A stretch of 64,000 nucleotides of DNA from Phenylobacterium sp. (GTDB lineage: Bacteria; Pseudomonadota; Alphaproteobacteria; Caulobacterales; Caulobacteraceae). The notes below the pieces were generated by a model that saw only the letters and a program-made list of their open reading frames with translations, was not told where the DNA came from and made no database searches. The translations under genes and the position numbers were made by a program. The DNA is taken from NCBI RefSeq assembly GCF_046463815.1, contig NZ_JBKBRO010000019.1:8356-72355 (forward strand). The letters are read 5' to 3'. The number at the start of each line of letters is the position of its first letter. Position 1 is the first letter of the stretch. This document shows, piece after piece, positions 45,483 through 55,592 of the stretch.

Positions 45483-47405
45483 ATGAGCGAGACGACGGCC
45501 AAGCCAGGCAAGGCGAAGGCGAGGAAGCCCGCCCCGAAGCCGCCGCTGCCCGAGGAGCCGCTGGCTCCGCCCGAGGCGCCGCAAGCCCCCGAGGCCGGAA
45601 CGACGGCTGCCCTCGATCCGGCCCAGCTCACCGCCGAACAGCGCGAGCAGCTCGAGAAGCTGTCCATGAACCTCGCCCGCGCCGCGCTCGCGGCCCAGGG
45701 CGCCATCGCCGAGATGGCCCTGCGCAGCGCCGATCGGCCCGCCGCGCTCTCGCCCGACCCCTTCCACGTGGCCCCCGCGCTCACCGAGGTGATCGGCCGC
45801 CTCGCCGCCCAGCCCGACCGGATGATGCGGGCCCAGGCCGACCTCTTCTCCCGCTACCTGGACCTCTGGCAGTCGGCGGCCCGGCGCATGGTGGGCGAGC
45901 CCACGGCCCCGGTCGTCGAGCCCGCCAAGGGCGACAAGCGCTTCGCCGATCCGGACTGGAGCGAGAACCCGGTCTTCGACGTGATCAAGCAGTCCTACCT
46001 GCTCACGTCCAACTGGCTGAACGGCCTGGTGGCCGAGGTGGACGGCGTCGACCCCATGGAGAAGCGCCGGGTCGAGTTCTTCATGAAGATGCTGACCGAC
46101 GCCTTCTCGCCGTCGAACTTCCTGGCCTCCAATCCGGCGGCGCTGAAGGAGGTCATGGCCACCCACGGCGAGAGCCTGGTGCGCGGGATGGAGAACTTCG
46201 CCGCCGACCTCCAGCGCGGCGGCGGCCAGCTCTCGATCGCCCAGACCGACTACGACCGGTTCAAGATCGGCGAGAACGTCGCCACGGCGCCCGGAAAGGT
46301 CATCTTCCGGAACGATATCATCGAGCTGATCCAGTATGCTCCCACGACGGAGGAGGTCTTCGAGATCCCGCTGGTGATCTTCCCGCCCTGGATCAACAAG
46401 TTCTACATCCTCGACCTTCGGCCCGAGAACTCCATGATCCGCTGGCTTACGGACCAGGGGATCACCGTCTTCGTCGCCTCGTGGGTGAACCCCACGCCCG
46501 AACTCGCGACCAAGACGTTCGAGGACTACATGCGCGAGGGCATCTACGCCGGGGCCGCGGCGGCCATCGAGCAATGCGGCACGCCCCACGTGAACGCCGT
46601 CGGCTACTGCATCGGCGGCACCCTGCTCTCGGCGACCCTCGCCCACATGGCCGCCCGGAAAGTCCAGCCGATCGCCTCGGCCACCTTCTTCGCCGCCCAG
46701 CAGGACTTCTCGGAAGCCGGCGACCTCCTGCTCTTCACCAACGAGGAATGGCTCCAGGAGCTGGAGCGGCGGATGGACGAGGGCGGCGGCGTGCTGTCGG
46801 GCCAGGCCATGGCCGACACCTTCAACGCCCTGCGCGCCAACGACCTGATCTGGTCGTTCTTCGTGAACAACTACCTGCTGGGCAAGGAGCCCAAGCCCTT
46901 CGACCTCCTGTTCTGGAACTCGGACCAGACACGGATGCCGAAGACGCTGCATCTCTTCTACCTGCGCAAGTTCTACGGCGAGAACGCCCTGGCCAAGGGC
47001 GAGCTGGTGCTGGACGGGGTGAAGCTGAACCTGGGCGACGTGAAGATCCCGGTCTACGTCCAGTCGTCGCGCGAGGACCACATCGCCCCGGCTCGCTCGG
47101 TCTACAAGGGCGCGAGGCTGTTCGGCGGGCCGGTGACCTTCACCATGGCGGGCTCCGGCCACATCGCCGGCGTCATCAACGCCCCGGCGGCGAACAAGTA
47201 CCAGCACTGGACCTGCGACCAGCTCCCGCCGACGCTCGAAGAATGGCAGGCCGCCGCCAAGGAGACGCCGGGCTCCTGGTGGCCCCGCTGGGCCGAATGG
47301 CTCAAGGCCAGGTCGGGCAAGATGGTCCCCGCCCGCGATCCGGCCAAGGGGCCGCTGAAGCCCGTCTGCGACGCGCCCGGGGAATACGTGAAGGTCAGGA
47401 GCTAG
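45483..47405 (+). CDS. phaC: class I poly(R)-hydroxyalkanoate synthase
   Basis: 640-aa ORF; lipase-box variant GYCIGG and PhaC N- and C-domain similarity. Confidence 0.95.
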   Translation: MSETTAKPGKAKARKPAPKPPLPEEPLAPPEAPQAPEAGTTAALDPAQLTAEQREQLEKLSMNLARAALAAQGAIAEMALRSADRPAALSPDPFHVAPALTEVIGRLAAQPDRMMRAQADLFSRYLDLWQSAARRMVGEPTAPVVEPAKGDKRFADPDWSENPVFDVIKQSYLLTSNWLNGLVAEVDGVDPMEKRRVEFFMKMLTDAFSPSNFLASNPAALKEVMATHGESLVRGMENFAADLQRGGGQLSIAQTDYDRFKIGENVATAPGKVIFRNDIIELIQYAPTTEEVFEIPLVIFPPWINKFYILDLRPENSMIRWLTDQGITVFVASWVNPTPELATKTFEDYMREGIYAGAAAAIEQCGTPHVNAVGYCIGGTLLSATLAHMAARKVQPIASATFFAAQQDFSEAGDLLLFTNEEWLQELERRMDEGGGVLSGQAMADTFNALRANDLIWSFFVNNYLLGKEPKPFDLLFWNSDQTRMPKTLHLFYLRKFYGENALAKGELVLDGVKLNLGDVKIPVYVQSSREDHIAPARSVYKGARLFGGPVTFTMAGSGHIAGVINAPAANKYQHWTCDQLPPTLEEWQAAAKETPGSWWPRWAEWLKARSGKMVPARDPAKGPLKPVCDAPGEYVKVRS

Positions 47406-48600
47406 GACGCGCGCGCCATGCGGCGACGAGTTCGGCCACGACGCTGTCCCAGTCGCCGTGCGCCGGCTGCCGGAACAGTCGGGCCGACGGATACCACGGC
47501 GAATCCGCCCTGCCCTGCATCCAGCGCCAGTCGGCGTTGAACCACGGCAGCAGGATCCAGCAGGGCTTGCCGAGCGCGCCGGCCAAGTGCGCCGCGGCGG
47601 TGTCGATGCTGACGATGAGGTCGAGGCGCTCCATCTGCGCCGCCACGTCGGCGAAGTCGCCATCCGGCGGCGGCGAAAGCTCGATCAGCTCGGCGCCGGC
47701 CTCGGCCAGCGGCCGCAGGATCCCGAACGCCGGTAGCGAGCGGTGCGGGTTGGGCGTCGCCCGCCCCTGCCACATGACGCCCACCCCGCCCTTCGGCGCG
47801 AAGTCCCGCCAGCGGTCCCGCCGATCGGCGGGCGCCGAAAGATACGCCGACGCCGGCAAGGCGCCGGGCGCGGTCCCCAGGAATCCCGGAATCGACTGGA
47901 GCCACGTCCAGTAGTCGGGTTCGGGAAGCGCCATCTGGGCCGAGCGCTCGACCACCCGCACGCCCAGGTCGGCGAACAGGGCCGAGAGCTCGGGAGGGGC
48001 GACCAGGGTCACGTCGGCGCCTTGCGCCGCGAGCCCGGGGACGAACCTGGCGAACTGGATCTGGTCCCCGAACCCCTGCTCGGGCCAGACGAGGATCGAG
48101 CGGCCCGCCAGCGGCTCGCCCTGCCAGGGGCGCGGGAACGGCGGGGCGTCGATGTGGGCGTCGCCCAGGCTTCGTCGGGCTTCGAACAGGGGCCAGCCCT
48201 GCCGATAGTCGCCGCGGCCCAGGTGGATGTGGGCGAGGTCCAGCCGGGCCCTCCAGAGCTGCGGCTCGAGCCGGAGCGCCTGGACGTACAGCGGTTCGGC
48301 CTCGTCCCAGCGGCCGGTGGCCTGCAGGAGGTTGCCGAGCCGGTGGAGCGCCGCCGCCATGTCCGGCTTGCGGGCCAGGGCGTCCCGGAACGCCTGCTCG
48401 GCGGCCTCGAAGCGCTCCAGGCCCAGCAACACGGCCCCGAGATTGAATCGGACCTCGGCGCTGCCGGGCGCCGCGGCGGCGATCCGCGCCCAAAGGTCCG
48501 CCGCCTCGGCCAGGCGCCCGGCGGTCTGCAAGGCGGCGGCGTGCTGGACGGCCGCCATGACATTGGCCTGGGTCAGCGTCGCGAAGGGATCGATGCTCAA
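47395..48600 (-). CDS. TPR-repeat protein fused to a GT9 (heptosyltransferase-like) glycosyltransferase domain
   Basis: 401-aa ORF with N-terminal TPR-like repeats. C-terminal LIVSIDTAAAHLAGALGKPCWILLP resembles the GT9 DSGxxHLAAALGxP motif. Confidence 0.75.
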   Translation of the reverse strand: MSIDPFATLTQANVMAAVQHAAALQTAGRLAEAADLWARIAAAAPGSAEVRFNLGAVLLGLERFEAAEQAFRDALARKPDMAAALHRLGNLLQATGRWDEAEPLYVQALRLEPQLWRARLDLAHIHLGRGDYRQGWPLFEARRSLGDAHIDAPPFPRPWQGEPLAGRSILVWPEQGFGDQIQFARFVPGLAAQGADVTLVAPPELSALFADLGVRVVERSAQMALPEPDYWTWLQSIPGFLGTAPGALPASAYLSAPADRRDRWRDFAPKGGVGVMWQGRATPNPHRSLPAFGILRPLAEAGAELIELSPPPDGDFADVAAQMERLDLIVSIDTAAAHLAGALGKPCWILLPWFNADWRWMQGRADSPWYPSARLFRQPAHGDWDSVVAELVAAWRARPSS

Positions 48601-48761
48601 GACCGGACCGTGCCGCCCCCCATCCGGCGACGGGTCTCCCCGCCGGCCGGGCGCCTGTCAAGGCGTTACACGGAGCAGCACACGTTACTAACGTTTAATG
48701 CACGCTACCTTGCGACGCCCGCTAGCTGGCGGTACATCAGAGCTCGGGAAGGAGCTCCGCC

Positions 48762-49088
48762 GTGCCGGAAGCCATAGAGATCCAGCTGAAGAAAGGGGCG
48801 CTCGAACTCTGCGTTCTGGCCCTGCTTCATCAGCACGACAGCTACGCCTATGAGATCGCCAGCCGCCTGTCCGACGCCATCGGGATGGGCGAAGGCACCA
48901 TCTATCCTCTGATGCGCCGGTTGCAGTCGGACGGCCTCGTCGAGACCTATCTCGTCGAGAGCCCCGCCGGCCCGCCGCGCAAGTACTACCGGCTCACCGA
49001 GGCCGGGAGGCGGAGTTTCGCCTCGCAACAGGCGGCCTGGAAATCGTTCTCCGGCGCCGTCGACGACATCCTTGGAGGGGCGCAATGA
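48762..49088 (+). CDS. PadR-family transcriptional regulator
   Basis: GTG start follows GGGAAGGAG. LELCVLALLHQHDSYAYEIASRL...GTIYPLMRRLQSDGLV. Confidence 0.9.
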   Translation: MPEAIEIQLKKGALELCVLALLHQHDSYAYEIASRLSDAIGMGEGTIYPLMRRLQSDGLVETYLVESPAGPPRKYYRLTEAGRRSFASQQAAWKSFSGAVDDILGGAQ

Positions 49089-49651
49089 CACGCCAGGCTT
49101 TCATGGCCCGGTTGCGGGAGGGCCTGCGCGGCCTGCCCCCGCAGGCCGTGGCCGACATCATGGCCGACTACGAGGCCCACTTCACCGAGGGCGAGGCCGC
49201 CGGCCGCACCGAGGCCGAGGTGGCCGCCGCCCTCGGCGATCCCGACCGGCTGGCCCGCGAACTGCGCGCCGAAGCCACCCTCAACCGCTGGCGCGAGGAA
49301 CGCAGCCCCTCGTCGGCGGCGGCCGCCGTCTTCGCGGTGCTGGGCCTGGGGGCCATCGACATCCTGATCCTGCTGCCGATCCTGATGGGCGTGGCGACCG
49401 CCCTGTTCGGCCTGTTCATCGCCGTCATCGCGGGCTTCCTCGCCGGCGGCGTCGTCTTCGCCGTCTCGCCCTTCGCCGATCCCCCGGGCGGCATCGCGGC
49501 GGGCATCCTGGCCGGCATCGGCGTCATGGCCGGCTCGGCCTCGGCCGGCGCCGTGCTCACCCTGATCACCATCGGCCTCGTCAACGCCCTCGTCTGGTAC
49601 GGCCGGCTCCACTACCGCCTGCTGAAGCCGGCGCTCGAGCCCCAGGCTTAA
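49085..49651 (+). CDS. DUF1700/HAAS-domain membrane protein
   Basis: ATGA-type overlap with padR. N-terminal FMARLREGLRGLPPQAVADIMADYEAHF followed by TM helices. Confidence 0.85.
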   Translation: MTRQAFMARLREGLRGLPPQAVADIMADYEAHFTEGEAAGRTEAEVAAALGDPDRLARELRAEATLNRWREERSPSSAAAAVFAVLGLGAIDILILLPILMGVATALFGLFIAVIAGFLAGGVVFAVSPFADPPGGIAAGILAGIGVMAGSASAGAVLTLITIGLVNALVWYGRLHYRLLKPALEPQA

Positions 49652-49663
49652 GGAGGAAGGTCC

Positions 49664-50482
49664 ATGATCCGCGTTCTCACCATGATCGCCGTCACGGGCT
49701 TCCTGCTCGCGGTGGCCTGCCTCACCGCCGCCGTCATGATCGGCGGACCCGACGCCATCGCCCGCGGCAGCTGGAACATCGCCTCCAGCCACTGGGACGG
49801 TCACGACCACTGGGGCTGGGACCGTGACTTCGACGCCGACTTCGATCTCGAAGACGGCCCGGCCAGCGGCCCCCAGACGACCCGCACCCTCTCCTGGAAC
49901 GGCGGACCGACCCTGAAGGTCCGCGTCCCGGCCGAGATCCGCTACGTCCAGGCCGACGGGCCCGGCAGCGTCGTCGTCACCGGCCCGGCGGGCGCCGTGG
50001 AGCGCGTCAGCCTGCGGGACGGCGAACTTCGGCTGCGCCGCCACCACTGGATGAACCGCCGCCTCACGGTCGTGGTCACCGCGCCGGGCGTCCATCGCTT
50101 CGACCTGGCCGGCGCGACCCGGCTCCGCCTGGAGAACTACCGCCAGGCCGAACTGACGCTCTACCTCGCCGGGGCGGCCGACGTGCGGGCCAGCGGCCAG
50201 ACCGACAAGCTCGACCTGAAGATCTCTGGCGCGGGCAACGCCGATCTCGGCGAGCTCAAGGTCCGCGACGCCAACGTCGACATCTCGGGCGCCGGCCACG
50301 CCAGGATCGCGCCCACCGGCCGGGCCGACCTGGAGATTTCGGGCATGGGCAACATCACCCTGCTGACCAAGCCCGCCGAGCTGGAGACCGACATCTCCGG
50401 CGCGGGCGCCATCCTCAGGGAGGATTCCAAGGCCGAACCGGCGAAACCCGCCGAGGCGCCCGAGGCCAAGACCAGGACCTGA
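49664..50482 (+). CDS. DUF4097/DUF2807 (GIN-domain, beta-helix-like) protein
   Basis: 272-aa ORF with an N-terminal TM segment and repeated (I/L)SGAG(N/H)A segments. Third member of the PadR-HAAS-DUF4097 trio. Confidence 0.8.
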   Translation: MIRVLTMIAVTGFLLAVACLTAAVMIGGPDAIARGSWNIASSHWDGHDHWGWDRDFDADFDLEDGPASGPQTTRTLSWNGGPTLKVRVPAEIRYVQADGPGSVVVTGPAGAVERVSLRDGELRLRRHHWMNRRLTVVVTAPGVHRFDLAGATRLRLENYRQAELTLYLAGAADVRASGQTDKLDLKISGAGNADLGELKVRDANVDISGAGHARIAPTGRADLEISGMGNITLLTKPAELETDISGAGAILREDSKAEPAKPAEAPEAKTRT

Positions 50483-50530
50483 CACGGACTCCCCGCGGAC
50501 AGACCCCCAAGCCTGCCTGCCGGATCAACT

Positions 50531-50564
50531 GGGCGCGCGCTCCCCCGCGCGCCCTCTTCTTTTG
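50531..50564 (+). terminator. intrinsic terminator of the padR operon
   Basis: GGGCGCGCG-CTCCC-CGCGCGCCC (9-bp GC stem) followed by TCTTCTTTTGT. Confidence 0.75.
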
Positions 50565-50569
50565 TCCGT

Positions 50570-51061
50570 TCAGGCGGGGACGAACTTCAGCGCCACGCCG
50601 TTGTTGCAGTAGCGCAGGCCCGTGGGCCTTGGCCCGTCGTCGAAGACGTGCCCCTGGTGGCCGAGGCAGCGGGCGCAATGGTACTCGGTGCGCGGGATGC
50701 CGATCTTGAAGTCGGTCTTCTGGCCGACAGCGCCGGGGATCACCCGGAAGAAGCTGGGCCAGCCCGTACCGCTCTCGTACTTCCATTCCGAACGGAACAG
50801 CGGCAGGTCGCAGCCGGCGCAGACGAAGGTCCCCTTGCGGTGCTCCTCCAGGAGCGCGCTCGTCCCGGGACGTTCGGTATCCTCGTGGCGCAGGACGCGA
50901 TAGGCGGGACCGGGCAGCCGCGTCTTCCACTCCGCGTCCGGGATTTTGCGGAACGGGGAGTTCGCGTAGGGGTCCGCCGCGGCGGCAGCGGGGCTCGCGC
51001 CCAGCGCAAGGAGGGATGCGCCCAGCAGGAACGCGCGGCGATCGAGGTCATGGCGGCTCAT
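50570..51061 (-). CDS. msrB: peptide-methionine (R)-S-oxide reductase MsrB, Tat-exported
   Basis: Trimmed to MSRHDLDRRAFLLGASLLAL (twin-arginine). CAGC and CARC zinc motifs; RYCNNG catalytic region. Confidence 0.9.
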   Translation of the reverse strand: MSRHDLDRRAFLLGASLLALGASPAAAAADPYANSPFRKIPDAEWKTRLPGPAYRVLRHEDTERPGTSALLEEHRKGTFVCAGCDLPLFRSEWKYESGTGWPSFFRVIPGAVGQKTDFKIGIPRTEYHCARCLGHQGHVFDDGPRPTGLRYCNNGVALKFVPA

Positions 51062-51103
51062 GACGCCATTACGCGCCCGACCATTCCAAGGATGCAAGCG
51101 GTC

Positions 51104-52084
51104 CTAGAGTCCGACGCCTTCGTCGAGGCCCAGCATCAGGTTGAGGTTCTGCACCGCCGCGCCCGAGGCGCCCTTGCCCAGGTTGTCGAGCTGGGCCACC
51201 AGCCGGGCCTGGCCGCGCATGGCCTCGCCGAACACGAACAGGCGCATGCGGTTCGTGCCGTTCAGGGCCTCGGGGTCCAGCGCCTGGACGTAGTTCGCCG
51301 CGCCGGCCCGGGTCTTCTGCAGGCCCTCGCACTCTTCCCAGCTCGCCACGTCCACGAACCGTTCGCCGGCGTAGGCGGCGGTGAGGACGTCGTGCAGGTC
51401 GCGCGGCGTGGGCTTGCCGGCCACGGCCCAGAGCTGCAGCGGGACCTCCACCAGCATGCCCTGGGCGTAGCGGCCCACGGCCGGGGCGAACAGCGGGGGA
51501 TGCACGAGACCGCCGTAGGCCTGCATCTCGGGCACGTGCTTGTGGGCCAGGTTCAGGCCATAGGTGCGGAAGGCGTCGTTCGTGCCCTCGGGCGCCGCCC
51601 GGCGCTCGAACTCCTCGATCAGCCCCTTGCCGCCGCCCGAGTAGCCCGAGACGGCGTTCACGGTCACCGGGAAGTCAGCCGGCAGCAGACCCGCGGCGAC
51701 CAGCGGCCGGACCAACGCGATGAAGCCCGTGGGATAGCAGCCGGGATTGGCGACCCGCTTCGAGGCCCGGATCGCCTCGCGCTGCCCCTGCCCCATCTCG
51801 GCGAAGCCGTAGGTCCAGCCGGGCGCGACCCGGTGGGCGGTGGAGGCGTCGACCACCCGCACCTCGGGCGCGGCGATCATGGCCACCGCTTCCCTGGCCG
51901 CGTCGTCGGGCAGGCACAGGATCACGGCGTCCACGCCGTTCAGCAATTCGGCGCGGGCGTTCGGGTCCTTGCGCAGCTCGGGATCGATCGAGACGATCTC
52001 CAGGTCCGCGCGGCCTTCCAGGCGCTGGCGGATCTGAAGCCCCGTGGTGCCGGCTTCGCCGTCGATGAAGACTGAGTGGGCCAT
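51104..52084 (-). CDS. argC: N-acetyl-gamma-glutamyl-phosphate reductase
   Basis: 326-aa ORF; GEAGTTG NAD motif and NPGCYPTG active-site Cys. Confidence 0.93.
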   Translation of the reverse strand: MAHSVFIDGEAGTTGLQIRQRLEGRADLEIVSIDPELRKDPNARAELLNGVDAVILCLPDDAAREAVAMIAAPEVRVVDASTAHRVAPGWTYGFAEMGQGQREAIRASKRVANPGCYPTGFIALVRPLVAAGLLPADFPVTVNAVSGYSGGGKGLIEEFERRAAPEGTNDAFRTYGLNLAHKHVPEMQAYGGLVHPPLFAPAVGRYAQGMLVEVPLQLWAVAGKPTPRDLHDVLTAAYAGERFVDVASWEECEGLQKTRAGAANYVQALDPEALNGTNRMRLFVFGEAMRGQARLVAQLDNLGKGASGAAVQNLNLMLGLDEGVGL

Positions 52085-52094
52085 GACGTGATCC

Positions 52095-52133
52095 AGATAA
52101 GAGAAAGGGCGCTCCGGTTTCCCGAAGCGCCCT
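52095..52133 (-). terminator. intrinsic terminator after rpsI
   Basis: Stem AGGGCGCT (52106-52113) / AGCGCCCT (52126-52133). On the minus strand it is followed by TTCTCTTATCT. Confidence 0.65.
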
Positions 52134-52160
52134 GTCCGTAACGCGAGTGCTCGCGCGCGG

Positions 52161-52646
52161 TTAGCGCTTCGAGAACTGGAAGCTGCGGCGGGCCTTGGCC
52201 TTGCCGTACTTCTTCCGCTCGACGACGCGCGGGTCGCGGGTCAGGAAGCCGTGCGGCTTCAGGACCGAGCGCAGGCCCGGCTCGTAGTAGGTCAGCGCCT
52301 TGGCGAGGCCGTGACGCACGGCGCCGGCCTGGCCCGACAGGCCCGAGCCCTGCACCGTCACCTCGACGTCGAACTGACCCAGGCGATCGGCCACCTGCAG
52401 CGGCTGGGCGATCATCATGCGCAGCACGGGGCGGGCGAAATAGACTTCCTGGTCGCGGCCGTTGATGGTGACCTTGCCCTTGCCGGGCTTGATCCACACG
52501 CGGGCGACCGCGTTCTTGCGCTTGCCGGTGGCGTAGGCGCGGCCCTGGGCGTCGATCTTCGGCTCGCGGACGACGGCTTCTTCCTGGGTTCCGAGGCCCT
52601 TGAGGGCGTCGAAGCCCGTGGCTTCGGTCGTGGTGGCTTCGCTCAT
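52161..52646 (-). CDS. rpsI: 30S ribosomal protein S9
   Basis: Trimmed to [13 protein letters not shown]-terminal [29 protein letters not shown]. Confidence 0.96.
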   Translation of the reverse strand: MSEATTTEATGFDALKGLGTQEEAVVREPKIDAQGRAYATGKRKNAVARVWIKPGKGKVTINGRDQEVYFARPVLRMMIAQPLQVADRLGQFDVEVTVQGSGLSGQAGAVRHGLAKALTYYEPGLRSVLKPHGFLTRDPRVVERKKYGKAKARRSFQFSKR

Positions 52647-53122
52647 TACGCGCTCCGCACGTTCTTGGCGTTCAGTTCGGCGAACGCGATGGTCTCGGGA
52701 TTCTGCGCCGCGTGCGGGTGCTCGTCGCCGGCATAGATGCGCAGGTGCGTCATCTGCTTGCGGGCGAGCGGGCTTTCCTTGGGCAGCATGCGCTCGACAG
52801 CCTTCTCCAGCACCCGCTCGGGGTACTTGCCGCCGAGGATCTGGCCGGCCGTGCGCTGCTTGACGCCGCCCGGATGGCCGGTGTGCCAGTAGAAGATCTT
52901 GTCCGAGAGCTTCTTGCCGGTGAACTTCACCTTGTCGGCGTTCACCACGACAACGAAGTCGCCGCAGTCGACGTGGGGGGTGTAGTCGGGCCGATGCTTG
53001 CCGCGAAGACGCATGGCGATGAACGACGCGAGACGACCGACGACGGCGTCCTTGGCGTCGACCACGATCCACTTCTTCTCGACCTCGGCGGGCTTCAGCG
53101 AAGCCGTCGTAGCCTTCAACAT
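52646..53122 (-). CDS. rplM: 50S ribosomal protein L13
   Basis: Trimmed to [24 protein letters not shown]13 family; TAATG overlap with rpsI. Confidence 0.96.
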   Translation of the reverse strand: MLKATTASLKPAEVEKKWIVVDAKDAVVGRLASFIAMRLRGKHRPDYTPHVDCGDFVVVVNADKVKFTGKKLSDKIFYWHTGHPGGVKQRTAGQILGGKYPERVLEKAVERMLPKESPLARKQMTHLRIYAGDEHPHAAQNPETIAFAELNAKNVRSA

Positions 53123-53295
53123 GGGTGCGATCCGTAAAAACTGGGGTGCGCGCGGACGCGCTCCCGACGTGAGGCGGGGCATATGCCGACCAAAGCGGCG
53201 GCTGTCAACCGCGCTTTCGGCGCCTCGAATTCGTAAAACCGCGTAAAATCAATTATTTGATGTATACGGTATCATAATACCGTGCATTTCTGCAG

Positions 53296-54327
53296 CTAGA
53301 TGCGCCGGGTCCGCCACGCAAACGCCGTCGCCAGGCCGAGAACCAGGGCCGCGGCGAGCTGGTGGACGATGGACAGAGCCAGCGGCGCGCGCATCATCAG
53401 GGTGGCGATCCCCAGCATAGCCTGGAGCACGACCGCGCCGGCCACGGCCACGCCCAGCAGCTTCGTCTCGCGCGCCAGGTAGTTGGATCGCCAGGCCGCC
53501 CAGCCGATCGCCAGCGCCACCCCGGTCAGAACATAGGCCCCCAGGCGGTGATGGAGCTGAACGGCTCCCTGGCTGTGGGCCAGTGTCGCCCAGAGCCCTG
53601 CCCCGGCGTAGTCGTCGGGGACGAGCCGCCCGTTCATCAGCGGGAAGTCGTTGTAGACGAGGCCGGCGTCGTTGCCGGCCACCAGGGCGCCCAGCAGGAT
53701 CTGGAGGTAGATCAGCCCCATCAGGCCCACGGCCCGGCGTCCCCAGGGACTGGGGAGCGTCTGGCGGGCCGCGCCCGACCAGGCGTCGAAGGCGGTCCAC
53801 AAAAGCGCCACCAGCAGGGCGAAGGCCACGCCCAGGTGGACCATCAGCCGCTCGGGGGCGACCGAGACGCGCTCGGAAAGCCCGCTCGCCACCATCCACC
53901 AGCCGACCGCGCCCTGGAGCCCGCCCAGCACGAAGATGCCGGCCAGCCGCCAGAACAGGCGGCGCGGGATCTCCCGGCGGACGGCGAACCAGACGAAGGG
54001 GACGAAGAAGACGAGGCCGGTCAGGCGGCCGAGGAACCGGTGCCCCCATTCCCACCAGTAGATCGACTTGAAGGCCGAAAGGCTCATGCCCCGGTTGATC
54101 TGAGCGTACTGAGGGATCTGCTTGTAGCGCTCGAACTCGGCCTGCCAGGCCTGATCGCTCATCGGCGGAACGGCGCCGGTGACCGGCTTCCACTCGGTGA
54201 TCGAGAGGCCGGAGTCCGTCAGGCGGGTGGCGCCGCCGACGATCACCATCGCCAGAACGAGGGCGGCCACGACGAACAGCCAGACGGCGACGGGCTTGGA
54301 ACGGTCGGAACGCAGGAACGAGGTCAT
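53296..54327 (-). CDS. ctaA: heme A synthase (COX15/CtaA)
   Basis: Multi-TM ORF; [21 protein letters not shown] and His-containing helices. Start taken at MTSFLRSD. Confidence 0.88.
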   Translation of the reverse strand: MTSFLRSDRSKPVAVWLFVVAALVLAMVIVGGATRLTDSGLSITEWKPVTGAVPPMSDQAWQAEFERYKQIPQYAQINRGMSLSAFKSIYWWEWGHRFLGRLTGLVFFVPFVWFAVRREIPRRLFWRLAGIFVLGGLQGAVGWWMVASGLSERVSVAPERLMVHLGVAFALLVALLWTAFDAWSGAARQTLPSPWGRRAVGLMGLIYLQILLGALVAGNDAGLVYNDFPLMNGRLVPDDYAGAGLWATLAHSQGAVQLHHRLGAYVLTGVALAIGWAAWRSNYLARETKLLGVAVAGAVVLQAMLGIATLMMRAPLALSIVHQLAAALVLGLATAFAWRTRRI

Positions 54328-54417
54328 GAGATACGCGGGCGCAACCTGAAGACCGAAAGCTGGCCGCATCCTTTATCGGTCTTACGCCGCAAGCGCGACC
54401 CCGCTATCACGCGGGCC

Positions 54418-54615
54418 ATGTCCGCACGCGTCCGCAAGCTCATCGGCCTCTTCGCGATTCTCGCCTTCCTTGCCTTCTATGTCTGGGCCGCGACGGCGAT
54501 CGGCGAGTTCATCCCCGAACACTGGGCCGCCCAGCTCGCCTTCTACGCGGTCGCCGGCTTCGCCTGGTTCGTGCCGATCATGCCGCTCATCGCCTGGATG
54601 AACCGGGGACGGTGA
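54418..54615 (+). CDS. DUF2842 small membrane protein (65 aa)
   Basis: This is the C-terminal part of a long shadow ORF. MSARVRKLIGLFAILAFLAFYVWAAT... has two TM helices, and the position next to ctaA is typical. Confidence 0.65.
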   Translation: MSARVRKLIGLFAILAFLAFYVWAATAIGEFIPEHWAAQLAFYAVAGFAWFVPIMPLIAWMNRGR

Positions 54616-54676
54616 TTTCGGGATTGCCGCGAAAGCGCGAGCCCGCCTATAAGGCGCGCCTCGCCGCCTGGGCCGA

Positions 54677-54753
<77 letters not shown>

Positions 54754-54777
54754 GTCGCCCGGCGGCGAGATATTCCC

Positions 54778-55179
54778 CTATTTGCGAAGCAGATCGTCCA
54801 GGCGGCTCTTGGCCGCCTGCAGGTCTCGCAGCGCCGTGAGCAGTCCGTCCCGGCCGCCGGGCCGGTGAACGGCCCCCGGATCGGCCGGCGTCGGCGCGGC
54901 CGGGCTCACGCCCTCCCCGGCCGCGACCAGACGCTTCAGCCCCTGCTCGCGCTGGAGCTTCTGGACGCCCTTGATGGTGTAGCCCTCGTCATGCAGCAGC
55001 CGGCGAACACCGCGCAGCACCGCGATGTCGGCGGGCCGATAGAATCGGCGGCCGCCCGCCCGTTTCATGGGCCGGATGAAGGCGAACTTCGTTTCCCAGA
55101 ACCGCAGCACGTGCTGGGGCACGTCGAGCTCTTCCGCCGCTTCGGAGATCGTGCGGAAGGCGTCGGGCCCCTTGGCCAC
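54778..55179 (-). CDS. MerR-family transcriptional regulator
   Basis: 133-aa ORF; [28 protein letters not shown]. Immediately downstream of ihfA. Confidence 0.88.
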   Translation of the reverse strand: MAKGPDAFRTISEAAEELDVPQHVLRFWETKFAFIRPMKRAGGRRFYRPADIAVLRGVRRLLHDEGYTIKGVQKLQREQGLKRLVAAGEGVSPAAPTPADPGAVHRPGGRDGLLTALRDLQAAKSRLDDLLRK

Positions 55180-55193
55180 GGCCTAAGGCGTCC

Positions 55194-55529
55194 TCACCGC
55201 GACAGCGCCCGGTCGACCCGCGCCTTCATCACCTGGGAAGCGCGGAAGCCGATCACGCGGCGGGGGTCGATGGCGGCGGGTTCGCCGGTCTTGGGGTTGC
55301 GGCCCATACGGGCGCGTTTGGCGCGGACCTGGAACACGCCGAAGCCCGAGAGCTTCACCTGTTCGCCCCGCTCCAGGGCCTGGCACATCAGCTCAAGGAC
55401 GCGCTCGACCAGCTCGGCGCAGTCCTGGCGCGTGAGGCCCACCTGCTCGTGGACAGCCTCACAGAGGTCGGCCCGGGTGACGGTGGCGCCTTTCATCCTT
55501 GCCTTTGCCCCTGACGAGACGTCGTTCAT
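55194..55529 (-). CDS. ihfA: integration host factor subunit alpha
   Basis: IHF/HU fold: LSGFGVFQVRAKRARMGRNPKTGEPAAI. The true start may be the ATG at 55496 (MKGATVTRADL). Confidence 0.92.
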   Translation of the reverse strand: MNDVSSGAKARMKGATVTRADLCEAVHEQVGLTRQDCAELVERVLELMCQALERGEQVKLSGFGVFQVRAKRARMGRNPKTGEPAAIDPRRVIGFRASQVMKARVDRALSR

Positions 55530-55592
55530 GGACCTTGATTGTCCTATCGGCTCAAAGACTTCAAGTCGCCCGTTGCGGTTGATGCTTAACCG

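Noticed and set aside
44961-47663. A 900-aa minus-strand ORF.
   Set aside because: Most of it is antisense to phaC. Only the last 147 codons (44961-45404, a lipoprotein with lipobox) lie outside phaC and look genuine.
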